A stretch of 64,000 nt of DNA from Dehalococcoidia bacterium. GTDB lineage: Bacteria; Chloroflexota; Dehalococcoidia; UBA2979. Positions 19,343 to 27,717 of this stretch are shown here, piece by piece. Both the position numbers and the translations under genes were made by a program. Where the stretch lies: the NCBI GenBank assembly GCA_963667465.2, contig CAXXDN010000001.1:320001-384000 (forward strand), given 5' to 3'. The notes beneath the pieces were generated by a model. That model was not told the DNA's origin. It saw only the letters and a program-made list of their open reading frames with translations, and searched no databases. Positions within the stretch are counted from its first letter, which is position 1; the number at the start of each line of letters is the position of its first letter.

Positions 19343-19576
19343 ATGATGAGGACGCTGGACAGGATCACCATCGATCCAGCCGTCATGGGCGGCAAGGCCT
19401 GCATCCGCGGGATGCGGGTCACAGTGGGGACCGTCGTGGGACTGTTGGCGTCCGGCCGCTCGCCTGCCGACATCCTGGAGTCCTATCCGAATCTTGAGCA
19501 AGAGGACATCGAGCAGTCTCTGGCTTACGCAGCCTGGAGACTGGAGGAACGAGAAGTTCCCCTCTCCTCACCGTGA
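19343..19576 (+). CDS. DUF433 family antitoxin (VapB45-like)
   Basis: RITIDPAVMGGKACIRGMRVTV..V..LLA.G....IL..YP.LE.EDI...L.YA. Confidence 0.92.
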   Translation: MMRTLDRITIDPAVMGGKACIRGMRVTVGTVVGLLASGRSPADILESYPNLEQEDIEQSLAYAAWRLEEREVPLSSP

Positions 19577-19941
19577 GGCCAAAGCTCCTGCTCGACATGA
19601 ACCTGTCGCCCGAATGGGTGCGGACGTTGCAGGAACAGGGGTGGGAGGCTGTGCACTGGTCCACCATCGGCGACCCAGGGGCCCCCGACAGGGAGATCAT
19701 GGACTGGGCGGCCTCTCACCAGTATGTCGTGTTCACCCACGATCTCGACTTCGGGACCATGCTGGCGCTATCGCACCGGGCTGGCCCCAGTGTGTTTCAG
19801 ATTCGGGCCGCGAACATACTGCCAGATCAGTTGGAGGGGTCCGTCATCGCCGCGCTCAGTCAGCATGAGGCAGACCTGGCGTCTGGAGCACTGGTAGTCG
19901 TTGACCAGAGCCGGAGCACGGTTCGAGTCTTGCCACTCTGA
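19573..19941 (+). CDS. DUF5615 PIN-like toxin (VapC45-like)
   Basis: KLLLDMNLSP, A.D.EI..WA.....VVFTHDLDFG; GTGA overlap with antitoxin. Confidence 0.9.
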   Translation: MRPKLLLDMNLSPEWVRTLQEQGWEAVHWSTIGDPGAPDREIMDWAASHQYVVFTHDLDFGTMLALSHRAGPSVFQIRAANILPDQLEGSVIAALSQHEADLASGALVVVDQSRSTVRVLPL

Positions 19942-19950
19942 GATCGTAGA

Positions 19951-19977
19951 GCGCCGCCCGCCGGGCAGGGGTTGCGC
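19951..19977 (+). repeat. Direct repeat copy 2, GCGCCGCCCGCCGGGCAGGGGTTGCGC
   Basis: 26/27 identical to 19181-19207. Confidence 0.85.
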
Positions 19978-20000
19978 GGCGGGCCTACACTCGTGCTCCG

Positions 20001-21620
20001 GTGCAGCGAGCAGTCTCCCCAACCGACTCGCCCTCCTGCCTCGACCACGAAATCGAGTGGCAGTTCGTCGTCGACGATCTCGCCGAGGCGGAGCGCGTCC
20101 TGCGGCACGAAGCGACGGCCGATGGGCTGAGCCTGGAGCCGCTCGGCGAGCAGCAGCTCATCGATCAGTACCTGGACACGGACGCGTGGGCGTTTCACCG
20201 CGCGGGGTTCGCGCTGCGGCTGCGCGACGAGGGCGGCCCGCCCCTGGCAGAGCTGAAGGCGCTGGCCGGGCGAGACGACGGCTCCGAGGAGCACGCGCCG
20301 CTGCGAAGGCTGGAGATCAGCGAGCGGCTCAGCGCGGCCTACCCGCTCACGCCCCTGGCCGGGCTGCGGGCCGGGTCGGGGCCGGTCTCGCGACGCGTGC
20401 GCGACGTTGCCGGGAACGACGCGCTGCGACCGCTGTTCACCCTGCGCACCGTGCGGCGCCGTTTCGCGCTGCGCTCGGGCTGCGCAACGCTTGCCGAGAT
20501 CGCGATCGACGACACATCGATCCTGCGCGCGGAAGGCGGTGTGGCGGCCGGGTTGCGCCGCCTCGAGGTCGAGGCCGGCGGGGAGGGCACGCCGGAGCGT
20601 GTCGAGCCGTTCGCGCGGCGGCTGCGCGCGGACGCCGGGCTGCAGCCGGCGGAGGGCTCGAAGTTCGAGGCCGGGCTCGCGGCGGTCGCTCTGCAGCCCG
20701 CCCCTCCGCCCGACCTGGGCCCGACAGGCTACGACCACGCCTCGAGCCTCGCGGAGCTGGCCCGCGCCGCGCTGCGACGCCAGCTCGCGGCCTGCCTCGC
20801 CGAAGAGCCGGGGGCGCGGCTGGGCGACCACGTCGAGGCGTTGCACCGCATGCGCGTCGCCAGCCGCCGGATGCGGGCGGTGACGCGCAGCTTCGCGGAG
20901 GCGCTGGCGCCGGAGTTGCTCGCGCTGCGCGAGGAGTGGCGCTGGATCGCCGACGCGCTCGGCGAGGTCCGCGACCTCGACGTGCAGATCGAAGCGCTCG
21001 GCGAGTCGGATGCCGCCCTCGCGCCGCTGCGCGAGCAGCTGCGAGCGGCGCGCCGCGAGGCGCGCGTGGAGCTGCTGGCGGCGCTGAACTCGCCACGCTA
21101 CGAGGCGCTTATCGAAGGCATGGCCGAAGCCTTGCGCGGACCGCCCACGACCACCGGAGAGGGCGAGCGGCCCGCGCATCTCGCGGTTCCGGGGCTGCTG
21201 CGCAAAGCCCGCAAGCGGCTCCGGCGCACCGTCCGGCGCCTCGACGGCGCCGCGCCGGCGCGCGAGTACCACCGGGCGCGGATCCGGGCGAAGCGCGTGC
21301 GCTACGCGACCGAGTGCGTCGCCGACCTCTACGGCGAGCCGGCCCGGGAGCTGATCGGGGCGCTCAAGGAGGTGCAGGACGTGCTCGGCCGCAGCCAGGA
21401 CGCCGCGATCGCGATCGACCGGCTCCAGGGGATCGCTCACACCGATCGCGAGACACCGCCCGGGACGCTGTTCGCGATGGGCCGCCTGGCCGAACGCGAA
21501 GCCCGCGTGCTCGCCACACGGGACGAGGCCTTCCGCGCTGCGTGGGCTCGCTTCCGGAAGTGCTGGAAGCGATTCGACCGGGCGCTCGACGAAGGCGTCA
21601 GCTCCGGAGGATCGCGATGA
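20001..21620 (+). CDS. CYTH + CHAD domain protein (polyphosphate-associated)
   Basis: EIEWQF, DQYLDT, ALRLR, EIAIDD, LEVE (CYTH); LHRMRVASRRMR, LGEVRDLDV, H.ARIRAKRVRY, QDVLG..QD (CHAD). Confidence 0.9.
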   Translation: MQRAVSPTDSPSCLDHEIEWQFVVDDLAEAERVLRHEATADGLSLEPLGEQQLIDQYLDTDAWAFHRAGFALRLRDEGGPPLAELKALAGRDDGSEEHAPLRRLEISERLSAAYPLTPLAGLRAGSGPVSRRVRDVAGNDALRPLFTLRTVRRRFALRSGCATLAEIAIDDTSILRAEGGVAAGLRRLEVEAGGEGTPERVEPFARRLRADAGLQPAEGSKFEAGLAAVALQPAPPPDLGPTGYDHASSLAELARAALRRQLAACLAEEPGARLGDHVEALHRMRVASRRMRAVTRSFAEALAPELLALREEWRWIADALGEVRDLDVQIEALGESDAALAPLREQLRAARREARVELLAALNSPRYEALIEGMAEALRGPPTTTGEGERPAHLAVPGLLRKARKRLRRTVRRLDGAAPAREYHRARIRAKRVRYATECVADLYGEPARELIGALKEVQDVLGRSQDAAIAIDRLQGIAHTDRETPPGTLFAMGRLAEREARVLATRDEAFRAAWARFRKCWKRFDRALDEGVSSGGSR

Positions 21621-22165
21621 ACCTCTACCTCGTGCGCCACGCGATCGCCGAGGAACGCGACGCACGACGCTGGCCCGACGACGCGCTGCGCCCGCTGTCC
21701 GATCGCGGCCGCCGCCGCTTCGAGCGCGCGGCCTCGGGGCTGCGCCGGCTCGGCATCGAGGTGGACGTGCTGCTGACCAGCCCCTACGTGCGGGCCTGGG
21801 CGACCGCCGTGATCCTGTCCTCGGAGGCCGGCTGGCCGGCGCCGGTCGTCTTCGACTCCGAGCGGCCGAGGAGCAGGCCGGAGCACGCGCTTGCCGAGCT
21901 CGCCCGGATCGCGGAGCAGCGCAGCAGCATCGGCGAGGGCCGCGCGATCGCGCTCGTCGGCCACGAGCCGGACCTCGGTCAGCTCGCCTCGGTGCTGCTG
22001 ACCGGCGAGGCGCACGCGCTGTGGCTGCACTGGCGCAAGGGCGGCGTCGCCTGCCTGCGCTGCGACCCGGCGCTGCTGCCGGGGAGCGCGACCCTCGAGG
22101 AGTACCTGCCGCCGAAGGTGCTGCGCGGCCTCGCGGGCCGCCGGCAGCGCCGCGCGGAGGGCTAG
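21617..22165 (+). CDS. sixA: Phosphohistidine phosphatase SixA family
   Basis: MNLYLVRHA.A, D..RPLS..GR, TSPYVRA..TA, LVGHEP; ATGA overlap with CHAD gene. Confidence 0.88.
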   Translation: MNLYLVRHAIAEERDARRWPDDALRPLSDRGRRRFERAASGLRRLGIEVDVLLTSPYVRAWATAVILSSEAGWPAPVVFDSERPRSRPEHALAELARIAEQRSSIGEGRAIALVGHEPDLGQLASVLLTGEAHALWLHWRKGGVACLRCDPALLPGSATLEEYLPPKVLRGLAGRRQRRAEG

Positions 22166-23712
22166 CCTCCGCTCGCGACGCCGACCCTCCCTCGCTCGTC
22201 CTCGATCAGCAGTCGCCTGCCGAAGACCTGCTCGAGGCGCCCGGCGATCCGCTCCGGACGCCAGCTGGAGCGCCCCGGCAGCAGCACGCGCAGGTCGCCG
22301 CCCGCATCCAGCGTCACCCGGGGCGGAGCACCGACCGGCAGGCGCAGCTCCATCCCGTCGGCGAGCACGAGAATCGCGGCCGCCCGCTGCAGCGCCTCGT
22401 CATCCTCGGGCCCGAGCAGGGGGCGCAGCACGCGCGCCAGCGTCTGCGGGCGGTGCGCGATGCGGATCAGGGCCGCGAGGCGCGCCACGGCGGCGTGGGC
22501 GAAGCCACTGAGGTCCGCGCTCAGCACGATGTCCGCGGCGGCGCGCTGGCGCCGGTAGGCGTCGACGGAGCCGCCGATGTCGTAGAGCGTCGAGGCGTAG
22601 CGCAGCGTCTCGCGCTGGCCCTCGTCGGCCTCGGGGTCGAGCAGCGCGAGCAGCAGCTCGACAATGCCGGTGCGGCGGCGGGCGCGATCGTCGTCCCAGC
22701 TCGCGAAGCGTCGCGCGAGCGCGCCGACCGAGGCGCGGCGCACGATGGGCGGGTCGGGCAATGCTCCGTCGCCGCGCGCGACGCCCTCGCGCAGGCCCTG
22801 CCCGGAGACGAGCAGCGAGCGCCCTCGCACGTGCTCGGCCACTGCGAGCACGCCACTCGCGCCGGCCACGATGATGTCGCTGCGATCGCGGTTCAGGCCG
22901 GGCACGAGACGGCGCTGCGGCGGGGTGAGGCTCGCGAGGCGGTTGCGCACGCGACGCAGGCGGCGCGAGGTCAGCGTGTAGCCGTGGACCCGCACGATCG
23001 GGTAGCGCCGCCCGCGACGGCTCACCGCCGCGAGATTGCGGACCGTCCCGCCGGTCCCCACCAGCACCTCGTCCTTCGCGAGGCGCGGCACGCCCGCGCT
23101 GACGAGCTCGGCGCGGACGTGCAGGCGCAGCGCCTCGATCTCCTCGTCCGCGGGAGGATCCGAGGGCAGGAAGCGATCGGTCAGCCTCAGCGTGCCAAGC
23201 GGGAAGCTCCAGGTCTCGCGGATCGCGCGATCGCGGAAGCGCGCAATCTGCAGGCTCCCTCCGCCGAGATCGACGACCAGCCCATGCTCGACCGGCAGAC
23301 CGTAGATCGCCCCGAGGGCGGCGCGGCGCCCCTCGGTCTCCCCGTCGAGCAGCTCCAGCTCGACGCCCCAGCGGTCGCGGATCGCCGCCTCGAGGTCGAG
23401 CGCGTTGCCGGCGTCGCGCAGGGCCGCGGTGCCGACGGCGCAGACGCGGGCAACCCCCCGCCGCGCGGCGAGCGCCATGAAGTCAGCGAGGACGGTGAGC
23501 GTGCGATCGATCGTGTCCGCCGAGAGGCCGCCGGTGGCATCGACGGCGCGGGCGAGGCGCACTGTGGCGCGCGGCTCGGCGATCACCTCGAGGTACCCGT
23601 CGTTGCGAGGCCGCGCGATCATCATCCGCAGGGAATTCGAGCCGACATCGATGACGGCGATCGGCTCCGGCTCGCCGGGGCTGGCGTGCGGACCCGTCAG
23701 GCGTACGTTCAT
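22162..23712 (-). CDS. ppx: Exopolyphosphatase Ppx/GppA family
   Basis: VIDVGSNSLRM, GTAALRDA.N, DGETEG, VDLGGGS, GTGGTVR, GLREG; degenerate C-terminal HD-like domain. Confidence 0.9.
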   Translation of the reverse strand: MNVRLTGPHASPGEPEPIAVIDVGSNSLRMMIARPRNDGYLEVIAEPRATVRLARAVDATGGLSADTIDRTLTVLADFMALAARRGVARVCAVGTAALRDAGNALDLEAAIRDRWGVELELLDGETEGRRAALGAIYGLPVEHGLVVDLGGGSLQIARFRDRAIRETWSFPLGTLRLTDRFLPSDPPADEEIEALRLHVRAELVSAGVPRLAKDEVLVGTGGTVRNLAAVSRRGRRYPIVRVHGYTLTSRRLRRVRNRLASLTPPQRRLVPGLNRDRSDIIVAGASGVLAVAEHVRGRSLLVSGQGLREGVARGDGALPDPPIVRRASVGALARRFASWDDDRARRRTGIVELLLALLDPEADEGQRETLRYASTLYDIGGSVDAYRRQRAAADIVLSADLSGFAHAAVARLAALIRIAHRPQTLARVLRPLLGPEDDEALQRAAAILVLADGMELRLPVGAPPRVTLDAGGDLRVLLPGRSSWRPERIAGRLEQVFGRRLLIEDERGRVGVASGG

Positions 23713-23901
23713 GCGCCGACCCGTGTGCGCGGTTCGCGCCGTGGCGGGGAGCTATCGGGCAGCCATGATACCGGCAGGGCCGGTTGTGGTATGCAGCGCT
23801 GCGCACGCCGCGCCGCCGAACCGGGGCATTCGAGGCGCCCGGCTGGACTCGGAGCGGCGGTGGCGCACATCATGGAAGGGCAGAGCGAAAGGCGCCCCGC
23901 C

Positions 23902-24075
23902 ATGAAGATCTTCCGCAGGCTCTTTATCCTCGCCGCCATCGCAGGCATCGTGGCCGTCGCCGCCAGGAAACTCGGGCTCATCGGAGAGCGCGAGGACGAC
24001 TCGTTCGACTTCGTGTTCGAGGACTCAGCGGACGACGACTCAGCGGACGACGGCGACGACGACGCTTCCGAGTAG
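23902..24075 (+). CDS. Small single-pass membrane protein with acidic tail (57 aa)
   Basis: MKIFRRLFILAAIAGIVAVAARKLG followed by an Asp-rich tail; GAAAGG RBS. Confidence 0.65.
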   Translation: MKIFRRLFILAAIAGIVAVAARKLGLIGEREDDSFDFVFEDSADDDSADDGDDDASE

Positions 24076-24228
24076 CGCGATCAGCACGATCGCCATGGCG
24101 ACGCGCAGGAGCACGTTCCCCCAGGCCCGGTGGGCCGGCGGGTCCCAGTACGCGTATCCCGCCTCCTCGGTGAGATCAGGGTCGAGGTCGCCCTCGCTGG
24201 ACTCGATCCAGTCGCCGTCGTTACTCAC
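24040..24228 (-). CDS. Small protein with acidic N-terminus and C-terminal TM helix (about 62 aa)
   Basis: VSNDGDWIESSEGDLDPDLTEEAGYAYWDPP...VLLRVAMAIVLIALLGSVVVAVVR; convergent 36-bp overlap with the previous gene. Confidence 0.55.
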   Translation of the reverse strand: MSNDGDWIESSEGDLDPDLTEEAGYAYWDPPAHRAWGNVLLRVAMAIVLIALLGSVVVAVVR

Positions 24229-24331
24229 GCCTGCGCCTCGCCAGCTCCCGAGCGCCACGCGGCAGCCCGCCCGTGCAGGCTAGCGAACGCGGGCACGGCG
24301 GCGCCAGCGCCCGCGGCGAACGGGCGGCGGC

Positions 24332-25255
24332 GTGACTGCCTCCGCGCAGATCGAGGATCACGATCTCGGGGCGATCGAGGAAGCCACGCTCGACCTCGGC
24401 CGGCTCGCGGGCGAGCGCATCACGGAAGCGCTCGAACGCGAGATCGTCGTCGAGTACAAGGACGAGACCACCACCGCGGGCGGCGCCCCCACCAACCCCG
24501 TCTCCGAGACCGATCGCGCCATCGAGGCGCTGCTGCGCGAGCAGATCGCCGAGCGCTTGCCTGAGCACGGCGTGATCGGCGAGGAGGTAGGTGACGACGA
24601 CGAGGCCGGCCGCGAGTTCGTCTGGGTCCTCGATCCGGTCGACGGCACCGCGAACTTCGTCAACGGCTTCCCGCTGTTCGCCTGCTCGATCGGCGTGCTG
24701 CATCGCGGGCGGCCCGTGGCCGGCGCGATCTGGTGCTCGACCTCGCACGCGCTGCGACCCGGCGTCTACCACGCGCGCGAGGGCGGCCCGCTGCACTTCG
24801 AGGGCGAGCCGGCGCCGCTCGGCCGGCCCAGTGTGGGCGTCACGCGCCGCCTCGGCGCCGCGCCGGGCGGCGCGCCCGGCCGCCTGCGCAGTCTGGATAC
24901 GCGAGTCACGGGGTCGGCGGCGCTGGAGTGCGCCTTCGTCGCCGCCGGCATCTTCCAGTCGGCGATCTTCGGCTCGCCGAGCATCTGGGACGTGGCCGCC
25001 GGCGTCTGCCTCGTGCGCTCCTCGGGCCGCGTCGCGCTCACGATGCAGGGCAAGGAGTGGAGCGCCCTCGAACGCTTCGAGGCGCCCGCGTCCGTCCGCG
25101 GCGACCGCCCGCCGACGATCCGCGACTGGCGACAGCCGCTGATCCTCGGCACGGAGGACGAGGCCGAGGCGTTGGTCCGCCGCTCGCGCAGCCTGGGGGT
25201 GCGCTGGATGCGGGCGCGCTGGCGGCTGAGGCAGCGATTGGGGCGCTGGCTCTAG
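24332..25255 (+). CDS. Inositol monophosphatase family protein
   Basis: VSETD..IE, VIGEE, WVLDPVDGTANF, GSAALE, WDVAAG. Confidence 0.92.
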   Translation: MTASAQIEDHDLGAIEEATLDLGRLAGERITEALEREIVVEYKDETTTAGGAPTNPVSETDRAIEALLREQIAERLPEHGVIGEEVGDDDEAGREFVWVLDPVDGTANFVNGFPLFACSIGVLHRGRPVAGAIWCSTSHALRPGVYHAREGGPLHFEGEPAPLGRPSVGVTRRLGAAPGGAPGRLRSLDTRVTGSAALECAFVAAGIFQSAIFGSPSIWDVAAGVCLVRSSGRVALTMQGKEWSALERFEAPASVRGDRPPTIRDWRQPLILGTEDEAEALVRRSRSLGVRWMRARWRLRQRLGRWL

Positions 25256-25271
25256 CCGTGACGGGCCGCTG

Positions 25272-26033
25272 CTAGATCGGCGGCCAGGGGACGCAGCGCC
25301 AGGGATACATCTCCGGCAGCACCGGGTTTGCGAGCAGTTCCGTGCTGCGCTCGATCAGCGCCTCGACCTCCCGCTCGTGCAGGCAGGCGCGCAGCGCGTC
25401 CGTCGAGGGGTCCGCGGCGCGCAGGCAGTCGCGCACGCGGCGGATGTCGTGCTGCCACTGCTCCGGCAGCCGCTCGCCGGCGAAGTCCCAGACCACCGTG
25501 CGCAGCTTCTCGTGGCTGTGGAAGCAGAGCGCGTTGTCGATGCACCAGAGCTGTCCGGCGGCGTCGAGCAGGACATGCCCGCCCTTGCGGTCGGCGTTGT
25601 TCGCCAGCAGGTCGAAGGCGGCGATGCGGATCAGCGTCTCGCGCAGCTCCTCGCGATCGCGCAGCTCGAAAAAGTGCTCGGCCGGGTTGTGCTCGATGAA
25701 GAGCTGAACCGAGCCCGCCCCCTCGGGCCCCTCGCGCTCGAGGGTGGGCGGGACGAGCGCCCAGCCGAGCAGCCGCGCGTACTCCCACGCCGCGACCTCG
25801 CGGAGGTGCAGCGTGCCGTAGGGGAAGTCTCCCAGCGGGCGCTCGCCTCGCTGCGGCTTGTAGACGGCGAGGCCTTCGCCGTGCGCGGGGTGCGCGAGGT
25901 CTACGAGGAAGACGTAGTTGGAGGAGTCGTAGAGGAGCCGCGAGCGCACGACCTCGGCGTCGCGCAGCGCCTCCTCGACATGGGAGTCGCCGGGTCGCCA
26001 GGCGTTGCGGAGGTCACGGATGCTCTCGGGCAT
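25272..26033 (-). CDS. SCO1664-family PI3/4-kinase-like protein
   Basis: SSNYVFL, AVYKP..GERPL.DFP.GTL..REVAA, VPPT..REGP.G.GSVQ, FD...NNADRKGGH, IDN. Confidence 0.85.
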   Translation of the reverse strand: MPESIRDLRNAWRPGDSHVEEALRDAEVVRSRLLYDSSNYVFLVDLAHPAHGEGLAVYKPQRGERPLGDFPYGTLHLREVAAWEYARLLGWALVPPTLEREGPEGAGSVQLFIEHNPAEHFFELRDREELRETLIRIAAFDLLANNADRKGGHVLLDAAGQLWCIDNALCFHSHEKLRTVVWDFAGERLPEQWQHDIRRVRDCLRAADPSTDALRACLHEREVEALIERSTELLANPVLPEMYPWRCVPWPPI

Positions 26034-26093
26034 GCGCCCTCGCTTCCGGCGGTTCGGTTGGCGATTGTAGCGCTCGCCCTGAGCGCGGACAGG

Positions 26094-26921
26094 CTAGGGC
26101 TGCTCGACGACCTCGCGCGTGCGGATGCCGAGGCCGAGCCGCAGCGCCGTGCCGTGCATCATCATCGTCGCCAGCGCCGGGAGCGCGGCGTCGACGATCG
26201 CGCGCGCCTCGGCGATCGCCTCCGCGCTCGCGCCGGCGGCGCGCAGGGCGTCCTCATCGGCACGCAGCGGTTGGGCGAGGAAGCGCGTCGAGGAGCGCGC
26301 GTAGAAGTAGAGCGCGCGCCCGCGCTGGCGGAAGAGCGGGTAGGCGGAGAGGTGCTGCAGCTCGTCCCACGCCGCCTCGAGGTAGCCGGGCCAGACCGCG
26401 ATCGCCCGGTACAGCTCCGGCGGGCGCGCCAGCTGCAGTTGCCCGGCGACGTCGCGCAGCGGCCCGGCAGCCGCCGAGGCGAACTCCACCTCGCGCGCCA
26501 GGTGCGCGCGCTCGCGCTCGCCGTCCTCGCGCGGGGCGGGGCGGCCCTGCCCGCCGACCGAGGGGGCCTCGCGCGCCTCGGCGAGGGCGGCGCAGAGCAG
26601 CAGCAACTGCGGCTGCACCAGGTGGAAGGCGTCGAGCACGGCGAGCAGGCAGTCGAGGTCGTCCGCGGTGAGCGCGCCGCCGAGCAGCGTCTCGCGGCTG
26701 AGCGCGGGCTGGTAGACCTCCTCAACCGCGTCGAGCGCCATGTCCGCCATGTAGAGCGCGCTGCCGAGGAAACCCGCGGTCTCGACAGACGGCTCGAGCT
26801 GCGGCCAGACGGCCTCGAGCACGCCCTCGCAGGCCCCGAGGGCGGCAATCACCTCGGGCACGAAGGGCGAGCGCAGCGCGGCCGCGACGGCCTCGGCTGT
26901 GGGTGACGGCGCGGCGGTCAT
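26094..26921 (-). CDS. DehI (group I haloacid dehalogenase)-like protein
   Basis: Internal two-fold repeat (LRSPFVP..IAAL....VLEAVWPQL / PPELYRAIAVWPGYLEAAWDEL) characteristic of the DehI family. Confidence 0.6.
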   Translation of the reverse strand: MTAAPSPTAEAVAAALRSPFVPEVIAALGACEGVLEAVWPQLEPSVETAGFLGSALYMADMALDAVEEVYQPALSRETLLGGALTADDLDCLLAVLDAFHLVQPQLLLLCAALAEAREAPSVGGQGRPAPREDGERERAHLAREVEFASAAAGPLRDVAGQLQLARPPELYRAIAVWPGYLEAAWDELQHLSAYPLFRQRGRALYFYARSSTRFLAQPLRADEDALRAAGASAEAIAEARAIVDAALPALATMMMHGTALRLGLGIRTREVVEQP

Positions 26922-27116
26922 CGGGCGGAGGATAGCGCCCGGTCAGCCCGTAGCGGCGAAACGCGGTAGGGTGGATAGGCGGCGAAGGAGCCGCAAGCTC
27001 AGTACCTCTGCCCTGTCGTTTCACCCGAGCGCCCGCGTCGAGCCTGAGATCAACCATGGATCCGTCCGTCTGGACGCATCCGCAGCGCCGGCGTGGCCGG
27101 CAAGGAGTGAAGACGT

Positions 27117-27482
27117 TTGGCCCAGAGAATCTATGTAGGCAATCTGCCCTACTCGGCGACCGAGGACGAAGTGGAGACGCTGTTCGCCACGTACGGCGAA
27201 GTGCTCTCGGTGGCGCTGCCGACCGACCGCGAGACCGGCAGGGCGCGAGGCTTCGGCTTTGTCGAAATGTCCACGAGCGAGGCCGCACAGGCCATCGAGG
27301 GCGTCAACGGCACGGAGTTCGGCGGTCGCACGCTGAACGTGAACGAGGCGCGGCCTCGTGAGAACCGTGGCGGCGGTGGCGGCGGCTACGGCGGCGGCGG
27401 CGGTGGCGGCGGCTACGGCGGCGGCGGCGGTCGTGGTGGCTACGGCGGCGGCGGCGGGCGCGGCGGGTACGACCGTCGCTAG
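27117..27482 (+). CDS. RRM RNA-binding protein with Gly/Tyr-rich tail
   Basis: RNP2 IYVGNL, RNP1 RGFGFVEM, GR.L.VNEARPR, GGGGGGY repeats; AAGGAG RBS before TTG start. Confidence 0.93.
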   Translation: MAQRIYVGNLPYSATEDEVETLFATYGEVLSVALPTDRETGRARGFGFVEMSTSEAAQAIEGVNGTEFGGRTLNVNEARPRENRGGGGGGYGGGGGGGGYGGGGGRGGYGGGGGRGGYDRR

Positions 27483-27542
27483 CGTTCGCCCCTGGCATGT
27501 GGGCCCCTGGCCCTCGGGTGACTGACCGTCAGGAGCAGGTGG

Positions 27543-27571
27543 GGAGAGCCCGGCCGGGCGCCGGGCTCTCC
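27543..27571 (+). terminator. GC-rich hairpin between the RRM and DEAD-box genes (terminator or mRNA stabiliser)
   Basis: GGAGAGCCCGG / CCGGGCTCTCC perfect 11-bp stem; no U-tract. Confidence 0.45.
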
Positions 27572-27717
27572 GCTCACCACCACGCACAACTCGCATCCGG
27601 GGCGCCCCGCCCGCTCGGGCGTCCGCAGACAGTAGTGGCACGTTGAACCAATCACGGCCTCGCTCAGCGCGGAGGCCACCACCACACCCTCCCTCACCAC
27701 GAACGGAACCACCCTCG

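Noticed and set aside
19120-19473. 118-aa N-terminal extension on the aquaporin
   Set aside because: It overlaps the DUF433 gene on the opposite strand; ATG 19119 has a correctly placed -10 element.
27368-27470. GGC-rich repeat as a non-coding element
   Set aside because: It encodes the Gly/Tyr-rich tail of the RRM protein.
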